Shown piece after piece: positions 22,242 to 33,245 of a DNA stretch of 64,000 bases; position 1 is the first letter of the stretch; each line of letters begins with the position of its first letter. The translations under genes and the position numbers were made by a program. The stretch spans positions 124,001-188,000 of the IMG/VR virus record IMGVR_UViG_3300033153_007973, one strand, 5' to 3'. The notes under the pieces are model-generated. The model was given only the letters and a program-made list of their open reading frames with translations, made no database searches and was not told the origin of the DNA.

Positions 22242-24895
22242 TGTCAATTATTAAAGAACTGCAAGAAGATCTGCTTATACAGCATGAGATTGCTGTTTAT
22301 AATCGAGGTGAGACTGACCTGTTGTTAACTAAGCTGCAGGCAATGATTACTCACATCAAAGTATCAGATCTGTTGGGCAAACCCCTATTTCCAGGATATA
22401 CATTTGAGAAACTGGCTGTAGAATCAGACGAAGAACCTAAGAGACCTCTTTTTGCATTACATAATGATAATATAACTGGACTAAGAAATGATACAGATGT
22501 TGTCGATGGTACTATCGATTGGATACAGACCACTATCGATAAGGCAGATAAAGCCAGTGAGAAGATCTTTACATTCATAAAGGACATTGGTGACAAGCTG
22601 AATGCGCTTATAAGACGCGCCAGCACCAGACTTCGTGCAGCAGCTAAGACACTTACAATAGATTTCTCATCTGCTCAGCATATCGATACAACCAATACTA
22701 CAGCACTTATTGATCTAGAGAACCATGTGTGTTCACTAGCTGCAAAGTCTAATGTTGGTCAAGTTAACATTAGAGATCTGGATAAATCCGATGTCACTAT
22801 ATCTTTTGACAACAATGTCCCATACGGTACAGATAAATTACCATATCTTATTCTCAGACCAGCGAGTGATGACATAGTAAATATCACAGCAATAGACTAC
22901 TCTAACTCTCTGAATGAGATTGGTGGTAGTATCCAGATGCGACTTAATAAGGATGGATACAATAAGACCATTAATTCAATCACAATTGAGATGGCTAATC
23001 CAGATGCTGTGACTTTAAGAGCAGAAGCCATTTATGGTACAGGTGATCAAAAAGAGATAGTGCCAGAGTTTCTTGCTGCTACTGGAATTTATACATTTAC
23101 ATTCGAAGGTATTGATGCATCAACGATTGAACTATTCATGCACAAAGTGGGTCCTGATCTAATACTGGATAACGAACGAAGATTTACATTTAGTATCAAG
23201 CGCATCCTACTTGAGAACACAGCATTCCAGAGTGAAGGTATTGTGCAAAGCACAGCCATTTCTGCTGGAATGTCAGTCGGTGATGTGATGCTGAAGGTTG
23301 ATCACTATGTTCCTCGTGGGGCAGATGTTGACTACTTTGTCAGCAGTGATGGAACTCGCTGGATTGGAATAGATCCAATCAATGAAAAGGAATCGCCGCG
23401 GAATGTTATCTCCCTAGGTCTCAAAAGCACAATCTCTATTGATGATATCACTGAGAATGATAGCTCCAGATGGAGCACACTACAGCCACTGGAGGATTAT
23501 GGAAACAAGCCTCTATATAATATTATTGAGAAGGCCGGTTTATCTGACTTTGTCTCTGGTGATGTCTTAGATATCTCTGGTTCTGCAGAGGTTTCTGCTG
23601 ATCTTCCATCCATTCGTCTCATGCGCGGATATGATACATATGCTATAGATAATTCTATCCTTGAGATAAAGACAGAAATAGAGAACGTCAAGTACGTCTT
23701 TACAGATGTAGCAACTGGGGGAGTAGAATCCCTCGAGATCTATACCAGGATAGATAATGAAGCTAAAGTTATCAAGTCAGATCTCACAATCGAACTACAA
23801 TATATACCAGCAAATGATGATATCTACGTTACAGATGGAGTATACAAATTAGATATCATTAGTAGAAATGGGAAAACTCTTCTGTTATCAGGTCCCAGTG
23901 GAGCACAAATTAATACAACAACATATGTGACTTATCCCGTATTGATTAGAACACTCGAACAGAGTGGAAAGTTTGTTCTCGAAGTGGATCCTGATAGCTT
24001 TGAGATGAGACACAGTCCTGATGAAGAAACTATTCCAGATGGTAATTTCTTCGTAGATCCGATTGGAAGACTAGTTAGCCTATCAGAGAATACAGAGATA
24101 GGAACATCCGTGGGAGAAGGAACCACTCAAGCCATTACTGTTAATGTTGGTAGTGGTTCATCCTCATCAACTATGCCAAGAAGAGCCAAAAGAACTGCAT
24201 ATGTCTCCTTCTCTTATACTACCAAATCTAGAGAGAAGTACAACATCTATACAACCAATGTCTTCTACTCTGTAGAAACAGAGATCGTTATTTATCCATT
24301 TACAGAAGAAGAAATCCAGGCTGGGAATCTTCACGTGATCGATGGTATCAATGTCAGCAACATGACAACATATCTGATGAAAAGTGGCTGGCATAACGTA
24401 CGAACGACACAACCATATAAGACTGATCCCAACAATAGACTGGACGTAAATCAACTCACTTCCGATGTATCTATTGCAGGAATCAATCTAGGTGAATACG
24501 AAGAAATGCGAGCATTCGAAAAGCCTTTAAGGCTAGTAAGTACCAAAGCATTGTCAAATCAGGTAGGACCAAAGGACCACAGATCCTTTGCTTATAGCGG
24601 AGGAAAGATCTTATTAAACTATGTTCCAGAATCTCTACCTGAACAGATCAATATATATGAGTCACATGTAAAGGGCATAGATATCATTGGAAAGCGAGCA
24701 ATCTATACTGCAGATGGTGACTTTGATTACTATGAAATCATACCAGACAAATACTCACTGTTCCTCAATACCAAGAGAAAGGAAGAGGACAGTGAAGCAG
24801 TAACCCAGATATACGTAAAAGCAAATCTTACCAGAGAAGGTAAGAAGACATATCAAACTCCGATCCTTAACAGGATCGAGTTATTGTTACTGTAG
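22241..24895 (+). CDS. Baseplate arm-like structural protein (paralog 3)
   Basis: N-terminal helical region, YFVSSDGTRW, C-terminal QTPILNRIEL. Confidence 0.6.
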   Translation: MSIIKELQEDLLIQHEIAVYNRGETDLLLTKLQAMITHIKVSDLLGKPLFPGYTFEKLAVESDEEPKRPLFALHNDNITGLRNDTDVVDGTIDWIQTTIDKADKASEKIFTFIKDIGDKLNALIRRASTRLRAAAKTLTIDFSSAQHIDTTNTTALIDLENHVCSLAAKSNVGQVNIRDLDKSDVTISFDNNVPYGTDKLPYLILRPASDDIVNITAIDYSNSLNEIGGSIQMRLNKDGYNKTINSITIEMANPDAVTLRAEAIYGTGDQKEIVPEFLAATGIYTFTFEGIDASTIELFMHKVGPDLILDNERRFTFSIKRILLENTAFQSEGIVQSTAISAGMSVGDVMLKVDHYVPRGADVDYFVSSDGTRWIGIDPINEKESPRNVISLGLKSTISIDDITENDSSRWSTLQPLEDYGNKPLYNIIEKAGLSDFVSGDVLDISGSAEVSADLPSIRLMRGYDTYAIDNSILEIKTEIENVKYVFTDVATGGVESLEIYTRIDNEAKVIKSDLTIELQYIPANDDIYVTDGVYKLDIISRNGKTLLLSGPSGAQINTTTYVTYPVLIRTLEQSGKFVLEVDPDSFEMRHSPDEETIPDGNFFVDPIGRLVSLSENTEIGTSVGEGTTQAITVNVGSGSSSSTMPRRAKRTAYVSFSYTTKSREKYNIYTTNVFYSVETEIVIYPFTEEEIQAGNLHVIDGINVSNMTTYLMKSGWHNVRTTQPYKTDPNNRLDVNQLTSDVSIAGINLGEYEEMRAFEKPLRLVSTKALSNQVGPKDHRSFAYSGGKILLNYVPESLPEQINIYESHVKGIDIIGKRAIYTADGDFDYYEIIPDKYSLFLNTKRKEEDSEAVTQIYVKANLTREGKKTYQTPILNRIELLLL

Positions 24896-24903
24896 GAGGG
24901 AAC

Positions 24904-25605
24904 ATGTCTCTTCCCATAGATACACAAATCCTCGAATTCCAGCAGGTTGATCTCCTGGAAAGTCCTATCTGTGGTTATGAGTGGATAGCTAAGATCTCAT
25001 TTGACAAGAACTTTGATAAGGCAGTAACTGGTGATTCATTTATCCTACACAAATGGATTATAGATCCAAGTGACCCTGACGTTACCCAATATCTGTCAGA
25101 ACTCAGTAGTTCTCACCCATTCTTGCAGTATATGTCACTCTGTAGATACATGTCTACCACCCTCTTTATGGGTGGTCTAAGCATGCTGGAGGATATGAAG
25201 GCAGTCCACGAAACTGTCGATATAACGCCTATATTCCTAGCTGGAAGAGATTTCGTACTCGATCCTGTGGTTGACACAGACCTTATCGTACTGTATAATA
25301 TGCAATATACGTACAATGGAACGTGTTATTGGACAGATTACACAGGATCATATGTTCCGGTGCCCCGTGAAAGGTATGACAAACGATTCAGACCCTGTAT
25401 CAGTAGTAGAAATCTCAGATACAGAGGACACAATGAGTCATTCAAATATGGAGATACTTTCAGAGAGATTTCAAATGATTTGTTCTTCCTTTACAATAAG
25501 GAAGCCGAACTGGAAGAGTATTCAGAAACCATCATTCCAAGCGAAGAAACGATGCGGACCTTTTTGGATCTTCATGAAAGATTCGTTCATACAATAGGAG
25601 TCTAG
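24904..25605 (+). CDS. Hypothetical protein
   Basis: 233-aa ORF with AGGAGG RBS inside the structural operon; no recognised motif. Confidence 0.6.
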   Translation: MSLPIDTQILEFQQVDLLESPICGYEWIAKISFDKNFDKAVTGDSFILHKWIIDPSDPDVTQYLSELSSSHPFLQYMSLCRYMSTTLFMGGLSMLEDMKAVHETVDITPIFLAGRDFVLDPVVDTDLIVLYNMQYTYNGTCYWTDYTGSYVPVPRERYDKRFRPCISSRNLRYRGHNESFKYGDTFREISNDLFFLYNKEAELEEYSETIIPSEETMRTFLDLHERFVHTIGV

Positions 25606-25607
25606 CC

Positions 25608-26789
25608 GTGATATTCAATTTTCAAGAGCTAGTACGTGGAGAACAAACAGATTCTAGGAAGCTGAATGGCTTCTTCAGGGCTATTGGAGATGATGTCAGT
25701 GAACTCTACACTGGTCTCTCTCAGCTTGATACAAATCTAGAAGCGCAAGTTGATGCGGCTGGCGCCTCGAATGATGCGCTCATTGCACAGATGAACATCA
25801 TTCAGAACTCTCTCAGTGGTGTGACAGATTCACAGACCTATCTATCCTTCTTTGATCCAGATAATGTTCTATATCCAACCATCACAGAAACTTCAGACAC
25901 ACAAAAAGCCGAACTAGATACCACATATGGTGCGACCACCTTAGCCATTACAGTCCAGCATAGAGAATTCTTACACCTGGATCCAAATACAGGAACATAT
26001 ATCCTCCCACAAAACATAGAGGACTATCTCGAATACTACATTACCAGCAATCGTTTCCTCCCTAAGGTTGATAGAATCATTGAGAATGATGTGAGTCGAA
26101 TATTGGATGATAACGCAGCATCAGCATTTATCACTAAAGTATTTACAAGTAATCCAGCCATCTCTGATATCGAACAGATCTTCACTGTACGCATGGAAGC
26201 AGAGAAAGAGATCAACATGATCAAGATTATCCCTGTTCCAGAGATGGGTATCGATCTTACAAGTCTAGAGATTGATTCTCCAGGAGGAGGATACGGAACA
26301 CTACGTAAGATTGATGGCACAGAATATAGTGTTCCAATAACCAATGCTCAACGACAGATCCTTCCGATATATCCAACAAACTGTAAAGCAATACGGTTTG
26401 GAGTTAAACAAAGAACTCGTAGTGCCACGATTCCATATCAGTTCCTCCTTGGAGTAAGACATCTCTCCATCGAGGCAAACACTTATAGCAATCTCTCGTA
26501 TATATGCCTAAAGTTCCCAGTTCCTGCTGGGAAAACTGGTTTCTCTGAGCTAGTCCCAAATTGGATTGCTGATAGCAACACTGTGCTATCTGTGTATACA
26601 GATAAGGAACGGATGCTGGCATTGGATCCAAATCCACTATATAGATCAGATACGATGCCTCTACTACCACCAAATCCGATCATCTTCTCCGATTCACCCA
26701 GTAATATATATCTACTATTCAAAATGCAAACACCCACTGCAATCGCTAGTACACCCATTGTGTACGGTGCGAAGGTTCGCTGGGTATAA
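25608..26789 (+). CDS. Baseplate arm-like structural protein (paralog 4)
   Basis: DSRKLNGFFRAIGDDVSELY coiled coil, C-terminal STPIVYGAKV; AGGAG RBS before GTG. Confidence 0.6.
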   Translation: MIFNFQELVRGEQTDSRKLNGFFRAIGDDVSELYTGLSQLDTNLEAQVDAAGASNDALIAQMNIIQNSLSGVTDSQTYLSFFDPDNVLYPTITETSDTQKAELDTTYGATTLAITVQHREFLHLDPNTGTYILPQNIEDYLEYYITSNRFLPKVDRIIENDVSRILDDNAASAFITKVFTSNPAISDIEQIFTVRMEAEKEINMIKIIPVPEMGIDLTSLEIDSPGGGYGTLRKIDGTEYSVPITNAQRQILPIYPTNCKAIRFGVKQRTRSATIPYQFLLGVRHLSIEANTYSNLSYICLKFPVPAGKTGFSELVPNWIADSNTVLSVYTDKERMLALDPNPLYRSDTMPLLPPNPIIFSDSPSNIYLLFKMQTPTAIASTPIVYGAKVRWV

Positions 26790-26801
26790 GCGAGGAACAT
26801 T

Positions 26802-29800
26802 ATGGCAGAGAAACGTTTACAACTTCCACTAAACTTTTCAGCTACTCCTCCAGGTGAGGGCTATGTCGGGACTCAGCATCAGAATGATGCGTTCGTTCTT
26901 AAGAATGCTCTAAGAGGGGAGCTCTTTAATTCATATGAGAGTATCTTTGCAGAAATCTATGAATTCTTTGGTGATATTCATTCCGATAAACTTGGTACCA
27001 AGAACAATATTGGTGACGCATTTGAGTCAGTATTCGAACAGCTGAATGCAAGTACTACTACATTTCTAACATATTATTTCTTCGCCCAGATGGGTGGCGG
27101 AATTGTTCTTCCTGATCCTGATCACCAGACAACTAGTGATGAGGAAGCACATGAATTTGATAGTAATAATACATCAACGATCCCTACCATTCAGATGGAG
27201 ATCAGTGGTGGTACCGGCGTACTTGGACTTGGAAAAACAACTAGTGCAGTTGTAGTAGTAGACGATGAAACATCGCATATATTTGATTCTATTGATGAAG
27301 ACATCGTTGGTAATATGACTGCAAGTGATGATACTAATGATTGGACAGGTGGTGAACTTCAAAATGCATCCACTGGCTCATGTACTCTAGATCACCATCA
27401 TATTAAGGGCAACGCTGTTACTCCAGATCTGGGCGCCGGTCCAGTAGCAAGAACTATTATTGGTACAACCGGAACCAGCCCAGCTAAAGTCAACTATACA
27501 TGGAATGATGGTGATTTCGATTTCGATCCTGAGACAGGTGAGATCACCAACTTCTCTGCTAATCCCGCAGCTGTCACATTCTACTATGTATACTTTCAGT
27601 ACAGACGTGATGTGGTTGTCCTCAAACAAGGCACATCCAACAATGATCGAGTACTCATTCGTAAGGGCACTCCTGAGGATGAACTTTCTGAGACCACTAC
27701 TAATATCATTGCGACCACAGATGAGCCCCTCTATGAAGTAGTCATCAGACCAGAGAACGATGAGTTCGACCACTTCGGCACCAGTGGTGCTACCACGGTG
27801 CTACCAGATAATCAGATCGTTGACCTAAGAGTTGGTCGGCGTGATGAAGAAGCCAGAAAAGGCCTCACAAATGGTGTCGTACAGTTCGAACATGATCGAT
27901 TCATGTTCGACTTCCGTGATGACACCATGAAGGCATATGTTAAAGCAATGGACGCGATCGTTGATGGTGCATTGGTACGAACAGAACCTACTATCATTAC
28001 TGTTCCTGCTGCTGATACAGATACCAGATTCGACATAATCCGTACTGCGAAAGACGGTACCGTAGATGTTGTCTCCGGATCATATGGTCTTCCAGTCGTA
28101 CCTGAGGCAGGAGATGGGTATGCCCCTCTTGCCGCAGTAGAGATCCTGTCTGGCCAGACCACTCTGTCAGGTAGCATTAAGCCAACGATGGCATTGCCTG
28201 CACAGAATAAGAGTCTTGGAGCAAACGTTCTATGGACAAAGGACAGACCTCTCTATGGATTTGATGTCCAAGATCAAGCAGACTTTACTCTCTCACTGTC
28301 TGGAATGCCTAACCTAGCTAAGGAAGCTACGAGTCATATTGCATCTATGGAGATCAGTGGCGGCCGTGTACTGATCAATGGAGTGTTTGTAGACGTCCCA
28401 GACATGACATCACCATATAGTTTGAATATGAGCACATGGGATAATGGTGATTATCAATTGATCTGGATGGGAGTCAACAAGTCCACACTTAAGATCGATA
28501 CCAGGGGTCAGAAATATGAATCCACTGAGAGATGGGAAGCACTAAGCCCACTCGGGTGGGAATCATATAAGATGATCAATGGTCAAGGTTCTTGGGATGA
28601 CTTCGTTCCTCTATATGTATTCATAGCAGCAAAGGATACTACATCAAAGATTGCTCTATTGTCTGACGAAAGAGATTTCCATCCAGTCTTGCGCCCACGG
28701 ATTAAGACTGGTATTATTTGGAAGACAAGGATTTATGGAGAGGACTGGTCGAATGAAAGGATCATCCTAAGACATGATATTGGAGTACCTGATTATGCAG
28801 TATTCATTCAGCCCATTGGTGTCTATCCTGCAGATCCTGTAGACCCAGTACCAGCTATCGAATACATCAGTAACAATCAGTGCACAATACATATCTCAAC
28901 GGACAAACGCCTACCCAGTACATTATCTCTCTGGAGTAAAACTGAGGATGTTGCATCAATAACTAATCCTGAAGTTGGTCCCCCCGGTACTATTTTAAAT
29001 TCACCGACCTTCCCTGTAGGAAAGTTTGGGAGGGGAGTGGGAATGGATTATGCTGGATCGGTTTTTAATGGTGTATATCATGCTCTACCGTATCCTGCAT
29101 TCAATACTGATTTAGGATGTTTTGAGGTATGGGTTAAGCCTGTTGGATTTAGTATCGTAGATTCGAAGTCTGTTGGTGGACCTAATGGTGCATATTCAAT
29201 CTTTGAGTGGAAGGTTCCTGGTTCAGGCGGTCACTATGTTTATGTTAGATTTCATACAACTAATGGGCTGGAATGGCTTAATGGCGCCGCGGATCAGTGG
29301 ATATCAGTCATTGCTGCTATTGATATCCCAGATGGTACTTGGGCTCATCTTGCGTTTACTTGGGACAGGAGCCATGCCACGAAGAAACAGCGAGTATTCT
29401 TCAATGGCATAGAAGTAGCTTCACGCAATGTTGCATGGGCAGCTGCGACTGATTCTTCGACACGAGAATTTCGTGTCGGGTATGGTAATGAAGGTGGGAA
29501 TGTGTGGTGGGAAGGTGTTCTTGATAATTATAAGTTCTGGGATTATCAGAAGCTTGATTTCTCGGACAGAAATACCGAGGGATACATTGCTGCTACTGAC
29601 ACGTTGCAAGGTTTCAGGTGGTTAGCAATCGCTGAAACAGATATGATCGAATATGGTACGATCAAAGCCGGTTATGATGCTGATACATCACAGATCCTGC
29701 CGATTAACTTCTCTGACAAAATGTACGATGGAGACGTTACATATCCAGCAATCCTCCTATCTAATATCTATCATGATGATTGGGAGAATGATAAAGCACT

Positions 29801-30218
29801 CACCGCATACCAAGAATCCCTTGGTACAAGTGGTGAGCTCATAGGTATCAGCGCCAGGATTCATGACAATGACATAAGTGGTTATCCTACGCCACATTAC
29901 ATTAACTATGCTATATTCCCAGACTCAATGCTAATGGCTCGCGGGAATAGCGCACTAACGATTGCTGATGCTACCTACGAACAATCAGGCTATGTCAGTG
30001 AAGTAGATGACCTCGATATCAACCGCATAACTCTAGCACAGCACTACGAGTTGGATGATTCCGTCCCTAGCGGCGTCGCAACCAGCATACAGAGAGCAAC
30101 TTCTGGAAACGGTGATCAACTCAGGATCGTCGGAGTTCCAGGAGATTATAATATCAACTGGTTTACACTAAGAGAACCAGTAGCCCCAATTCGTCCATAT
30201 GGACGTCAAGATCTATAG
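26802..30218 (+). CDS. Tail fibre/baseplate attachment protein with inserted LamG (concanavalin A-like) domain
   Basis: Repeated 'R.D.V....G.P......P...PL..V' attachment-like segments. LamG hallmarks GKFG.G, GCFEVWVKP, WAHLAFTWD, RVFFNGIEV and GVLDNYK. Confidence 0.75.
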   Translation: MAEKRLQLPLNFSATPPGEGYVGTQHQNDAFVLKNALRGELFNSYESIFAEIYEFFGDIHSDKLGTKNNIGDAFESVFEQLNASTTTFLTYYFFAQMGGGIVLPDPDHQTTSDEEAHEFDSNNTSTIPTIQMEISGGTGVLGLGKTTSAVVVVDDETSHIFDSIDEDIVGNMTASDDTNDWTGGELQNASTGSCTLDHHHIKGNAVTPDLGAGPVARTIIGTTGTSPAKVNYTWNDGDFDFDPETGEITNFSANPAAVTFYYVYFQYRRDVVVLKQGTSNNDRVLIRKGTPEDELSETTTNIIATTDEPLYEVVIRPENDEFDHFGTSGATTVLPDNQIVDLRVGRRDEEARKGLTNGVVQFEHDRFMFDFRDDTMKAYVKAMDAIVDGALVRTEPTIITVPAADTDTRFDIIRTAKDGTVDVVSGSYGLPVVPEAGDGYAPLAAVEILSGQTTLSGSIKPTMALPAQNKSLGANVLWTKDRPLYGFDVQDQADFTLSLSGMPNLAKEATSHIASMEISGGRVLINGVFVDVPDMTSPYSLNMSTWDNGDYQLIWMGVNKSTLKIDTRGQKYESTERWEALSPLGWESYKMINGQGSWDDFVPLYVFIAAKDTTSKIALLSDERDFHPVLRPRIKTGIIWKTRIYGEDWSNERIILRHDIGVPDYAVFIQPIGVYPADPVDPVPAIEYISNNQCTIHISTDKRLPSTLSLWSKTEDVASITNPEVGPPGTILNSPTFPVGKFGRGVGMDYAGSVFNGVYHALPYPAFNTDLGCFEVWVKPVGFSIVDSKSVGGPNGAYSIFEWKVPGSGGHYVYVRFHTTNGLEWLNGAADQWISVIAAIDIPDGTWAHLAFTWDRSHATKKQRVFFNGIEVASRNVAWAAATDSSTREFRVGYGNEGGNVWWEGVLDNYKFWDYQKLDFSDRNTEGYIAATDTLQGFRWLAIAETDMIEYGTIKAGYDADTSQILPINFSDKMYDGDVTYPAILLSNIYHDDWENDKALTAYQESLGTSGELIGISARIHDNDISGYPTPHYINYAIFPDSMLMARGNSALTIADATYEQSGYVSEVDDLDINRITLAQHYELDDSVPSGVATSIQRATSGNGDQLRIVGVPGDYNINWFTLREPVAPIRPYGRQDL
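28911..29585 (+). repeat. LamG cassette copy 1
   Basis: LPSTLSLWSK...DFSDRNTEGY; homologous to 34698-35369 and 35601-36263 with the same borders. Confidence 0.85.
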
Positions 30219-30229
30219 GAGGATAGAAG

Positions 30230-30475
30230 ATGCCAGACGAAACAACCAAAGTAGAAGTATCCAAAGCAAAGCCATGGTGGAAGAAATTTAAATTAATGGT
30301 TGGTATCGGAACTATTGTTATCGATGCAGTAACAATTCTGGTTTCCCAGCTGGTCACAGATCCTGCAACTAAGGCAATCATCATAAAGATGGTGCCCGTA
30401 GTTACGACAATGGGAATCACACTGATTACCGGACACACGATCACTGATACTGCACGCGAACTCAAAAAGAAATAG
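30230..30475 (+). CDS. Small membrane protein, holin-like
   Basis: 81 aa; KPWWKK N-terminus, two hydrophobic segments, basic C-terminus; AGGAGG RBS. Confidence 0.6.
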   Translation: MPDETTKVEVSKAKPWWKKFKLMVGIGTIVIDAVTILVSQLVTDPATKAIIIKMVPVVTTMGITLITGHTITDTARELKKK

Positions 30476-30511
30476 AACACAGATACACCAATCTATTTCT
30501 AAGGATACCGA

Positions 30512-31798
30512 ATGGGACACAAACAAGAACATCCTAAAGATATCAGTGCATATAAGACACAACTGATTGCACTGGCAAAGGCCCTGAGGCGTGCTCCGAA
30601 CCTCGCAGAAGTTGCTACGAGGTTCGATTTTAGTGTCACGACTGCACACAAAATCGTTGGCAACTCTAGAAAACTAACTAGCTATCTCTCAAGATGGTTG
30701 CAGTTTGACAGAGACGGTAATGTCATCGGGACAAGACCAAAGACAGGAGGAGTACCACAAGAACTGGAAGAAGAGAATCGAGCACTCCGTTCGACAGTTG
30801 ATAATCTTACTAAGAGAGTCCTGAAGATTGACAAAGCCAAGACTCTCGAAGCAGTTCTTGTACGAAAGGTAACTGATGCCATTGGAATGTTGCCTATTAT
30901 TAAGACAGTTCCGAAGCCTCCAATGATAAAGGGTAAGTTGGATGGTGAAGCGATTCTATTACTCTCTGATTCACACTTTGGTGAAGTTGTAGATATGGAA
31001 GAGATGTGCGGAATCAATGAATATAACATGACAGTTGCCGCGAAGCGTATCCAATATCTCGTAGACAATGTCTTTGAGAATCTGGATCCGTTCAAGGTAA
31101 AGAAGCTTCATATCTTCATGCTAGGAGATATGGCAAGCGGAAACATCCATGATGAATTAAGAGAGACAAATAATCCTAACATCGTTGATTGTACCTTCAT
31201 GGGGTCTAGTCTACTTGCACAAGCTACATGTGAGCTTGCTAGTAAGTACGAAATAAGTATTACTGGAGTTCCTGGAAATCATGGACGGATGACAAAGAAG
31301 AAGTCATACAAACAAGCATATGTCAATTGGGACTATGTCATGTACAGAGCTCTCGAGAAGGATCTGAGAGGACAAGAGAATGTAACCACTTCATTCAACC
31401 ATTCGATCTTCAGAATTGTAGATGTCCAAGGCCAGAGATTCCTTATCCTACATGGTGATAACATTCGTGGATGGGCCGGAATCCCTTGGTATGGCATCGA
31501 GAGAGCAACGAAGAAACTGGTTGAGATCCTACAAACTCAGCGAGAAAAGCCTTTCGATCATATATGTTTGGGACACTTCCATTCCGGCGGGCTTATCAAC
31601 CGTACACAAGGTAAGGTATTTGTTAATCCTTCTATCATTGGTGGGAATGAGTACAGTCTGGGAGCTCTGTTCTCAGTCTCAGAACCACAACAGACATTGA
31701 TGCTAGTTAACAAGGACAAAGGTATTCAGTATGAGATGCCACTCAGTCTTAAGAAAGCAGATCTCTTGACTGACAAACAAATGAGATACAAATTATAA
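30512..31798 (+). CDS. Calcineurin-like metallophosphoesterase with N-terminal HTH-like and coiled-coil region
   Basis: All five motifs present: LSDSHFGE, LGDMASG, PGNHG, ILHGD and LGHFH. Confidence 0.85.
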   Translation: MGHKQEHPKDISAYKTQLIALAKALRRAPNLAEVATRFDFSVTTAHKIVGNSRKLTSYLSRWLQFDRDGNVIGTRPKTGGVPQELEEENRALRSTVDNLTKRVLKIDKAKTLEAVLVRKVTDAIGMLPIIKTVPKPPMIKGKLDGEAILLLSDSHFGEVVDMEEMCGINEYNMTVAAKRIQYLVDNVFENLDPFKVKKLHIFMLGDMASGNIHDELRETNNPNIVDCTFMGSSLLAQATCELASKYEISITGVPGNHGRMTKKKSYKQAYVNWDYVMYRALEKDLRGQENVTTSFNHSIFRIVDVQGQRFLILHGDNIRGWAGIPWYGIERATKKLVEILQTQREKPFDHICLGHFHSGGLINRTQGKVFVNPSIIGGNEYSLGALFSVSEPQQTLMLVNKDKGIQYEMPLSLKKADLLTDKQMRYKL

Positions 31799-31829
31799 CA
31801 GATAACTATCTGAGGGAGCACAACTGTAA

Positions 31830-32258
31830 ATGATCAATATATTAGAACAATGGAAGAAGATCTTCCAATACATCTTTGGCACAAATGAGTTCAAGACTGC
31901 TCTCTCTGACAACGAAGACAAAGTCGGAATCTCCAGCAAGAACATGCCAATACTCATATTTTACCCTACGAACACAGGCAGACCTAAAGACTGCTTTGGA
32001 ATTCGTGGGGTTCGGACTCATGTATATGATAATGAACATCACGAGATTCAGATCTGGTACACCAGAAGAAGTCGGGACTACGACTTCTTCACCAAGAGAG
32101 ACAGATTTAGTAGGATCATTATGATTCCACCAACAGAGCATGGTGCAAAAAGAGTTATGCGTTTCAGTCATCTAGTGATGACTGAAAAGAAAGAAACAGC
32201 ATGGGGCTCCGAGATTACTTATATTGGAAGACCTGTACAGGAGGCAAGACATGTTTAA
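31830..32258 (+). CDS. Hypothetical protein
   Basis: 142-aa ORF with upstream GAGGGAG, overlapping the next gene's start. Confidence 0.55.
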   Translation: MINILEQWKKIFQYIFGTNEFKTALSDNEDKVGISSKNMPILIFYPTNTGRPKDCFGIRGVRTHVYDNEHHEIQIWYTRRSRDYDFFTKRDRFSRIIMIPPTEHGAKRVMRFSHLVMTEKKETAWGSEITYIGRPVQEARHV

Positions 32259-33234
32259 TAAAGGAGAAATCCTGAACGATATTCTCAAAAACAAGGCTCT
32301 AATCGATAACATAGGACCAAAGAATTTGCTAATTAATAGCAACTTTGATGTTTGGCAGAGAGAGACGAGTAAGGTCTTGACGACCAGTCTGGTCTATCTT
32401 GCTGACCGCTGGTTAGTGAGCGGAGGTACCAGTGGTGAGTATATGTCGCGGCAGGATTTTACTAACGGGCAGACAGATGTCCCAAACGAACCGAAGCATT
32501 ATCTACGTTTGTCCTTAGATGGTGAGGATGGTAAAATAGCTCAACGAGTAGAAGGTGTGCTGACACTTGCCGGTCAAACTGCGTCTTTGGGTTTCTGGAT
32601 ACGAACATATGGTGCTATTAACTATACGTTAAAGTTGGTGCAGAATTACGGTAGTGGAGGTAGCTCCGCAGACACGACAGTCATACAATCAAGTGTCGCG
32701 ACGATTAACGCCTGGACATACCATACATGCACATTCGATGTTCCAAGTGTATCTGGAAAGACAATATCGGGCGGTGATGATTACCTTGAAATTCTGATAG
32801 AGTTCGCTACAACTTCTGGGAGTATTAGATTTGCACAAGCACAATTAAACGAAGGTGAATTGCTTGACTATCAGCCAAGAACATTCGGAGAAGAGTTACT
32901 AGCTTGTCAGCGATATTACGAAAAGAGTTATGAGATGGATAAATTTGCAACTGATGTTGGAGCTGCTGGTGCAGTCGGTACTATCGGAACAACAAATGGG
33001 CATTGGTCAATTGAAGTTTCTTATAAAGTTAGTAAAAAACCAGGAGGTACGACAATCAAGATTTATGCACCAGCATCCGGCACTCTTGGTCAGGCTCGTA
33101 ATGGTATTGATAACCAGGATACTCCATATGGATTTATAGTTGCTGGAAGTAGTGGTTTTTCTATTACAGCACATACCGGTGGGGATGCTGATGATCAAAT
33201 TTATGCTCATTTCACTGCTGATGCTGAATTATAA
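32251..33234 (+). CDS. Tail fibre protein with carbohydrate-binding-like domain
   Basis: KNLLINSNFDVWQR, YLADRW, IAQRVE, AQLNEG and TFGEELLACQRYYEKSY are typical fibre motifs. Start moved to ATG 32251, which follows AGGAGG. Confidence 0.8.
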   Translation: MFNKGEILNDILKNKALIDNIGPKNLLINSNFDVWQRETSKVLTTSLVYLADRWLVSGGTSGEYMSRQDFTNGQTDVPNEPKHYLRLSLDGEDGKIAQRVEGVLTLAGQTASLGFWIRTYGAINYTLKLVQNYGSGGSSADTTVIQSSVATINAWTYHTCTFDVPSVSGKTISGGDDYLEILIEFATTSGSIRFAQAQLNEGELLDYQPRTFGEELLACQRYYEKSYEMDKFATDVGAAGAVGTIGTTNGHWSIEVSYKVSKKPGGTTIKIYAPASGTLGQARNGIDNQDTPYGFIVAGSSGFSITAHTGGDADDQIYAHFTADAEL

Positions 33235-33245
33235 GGAGAAATGAA

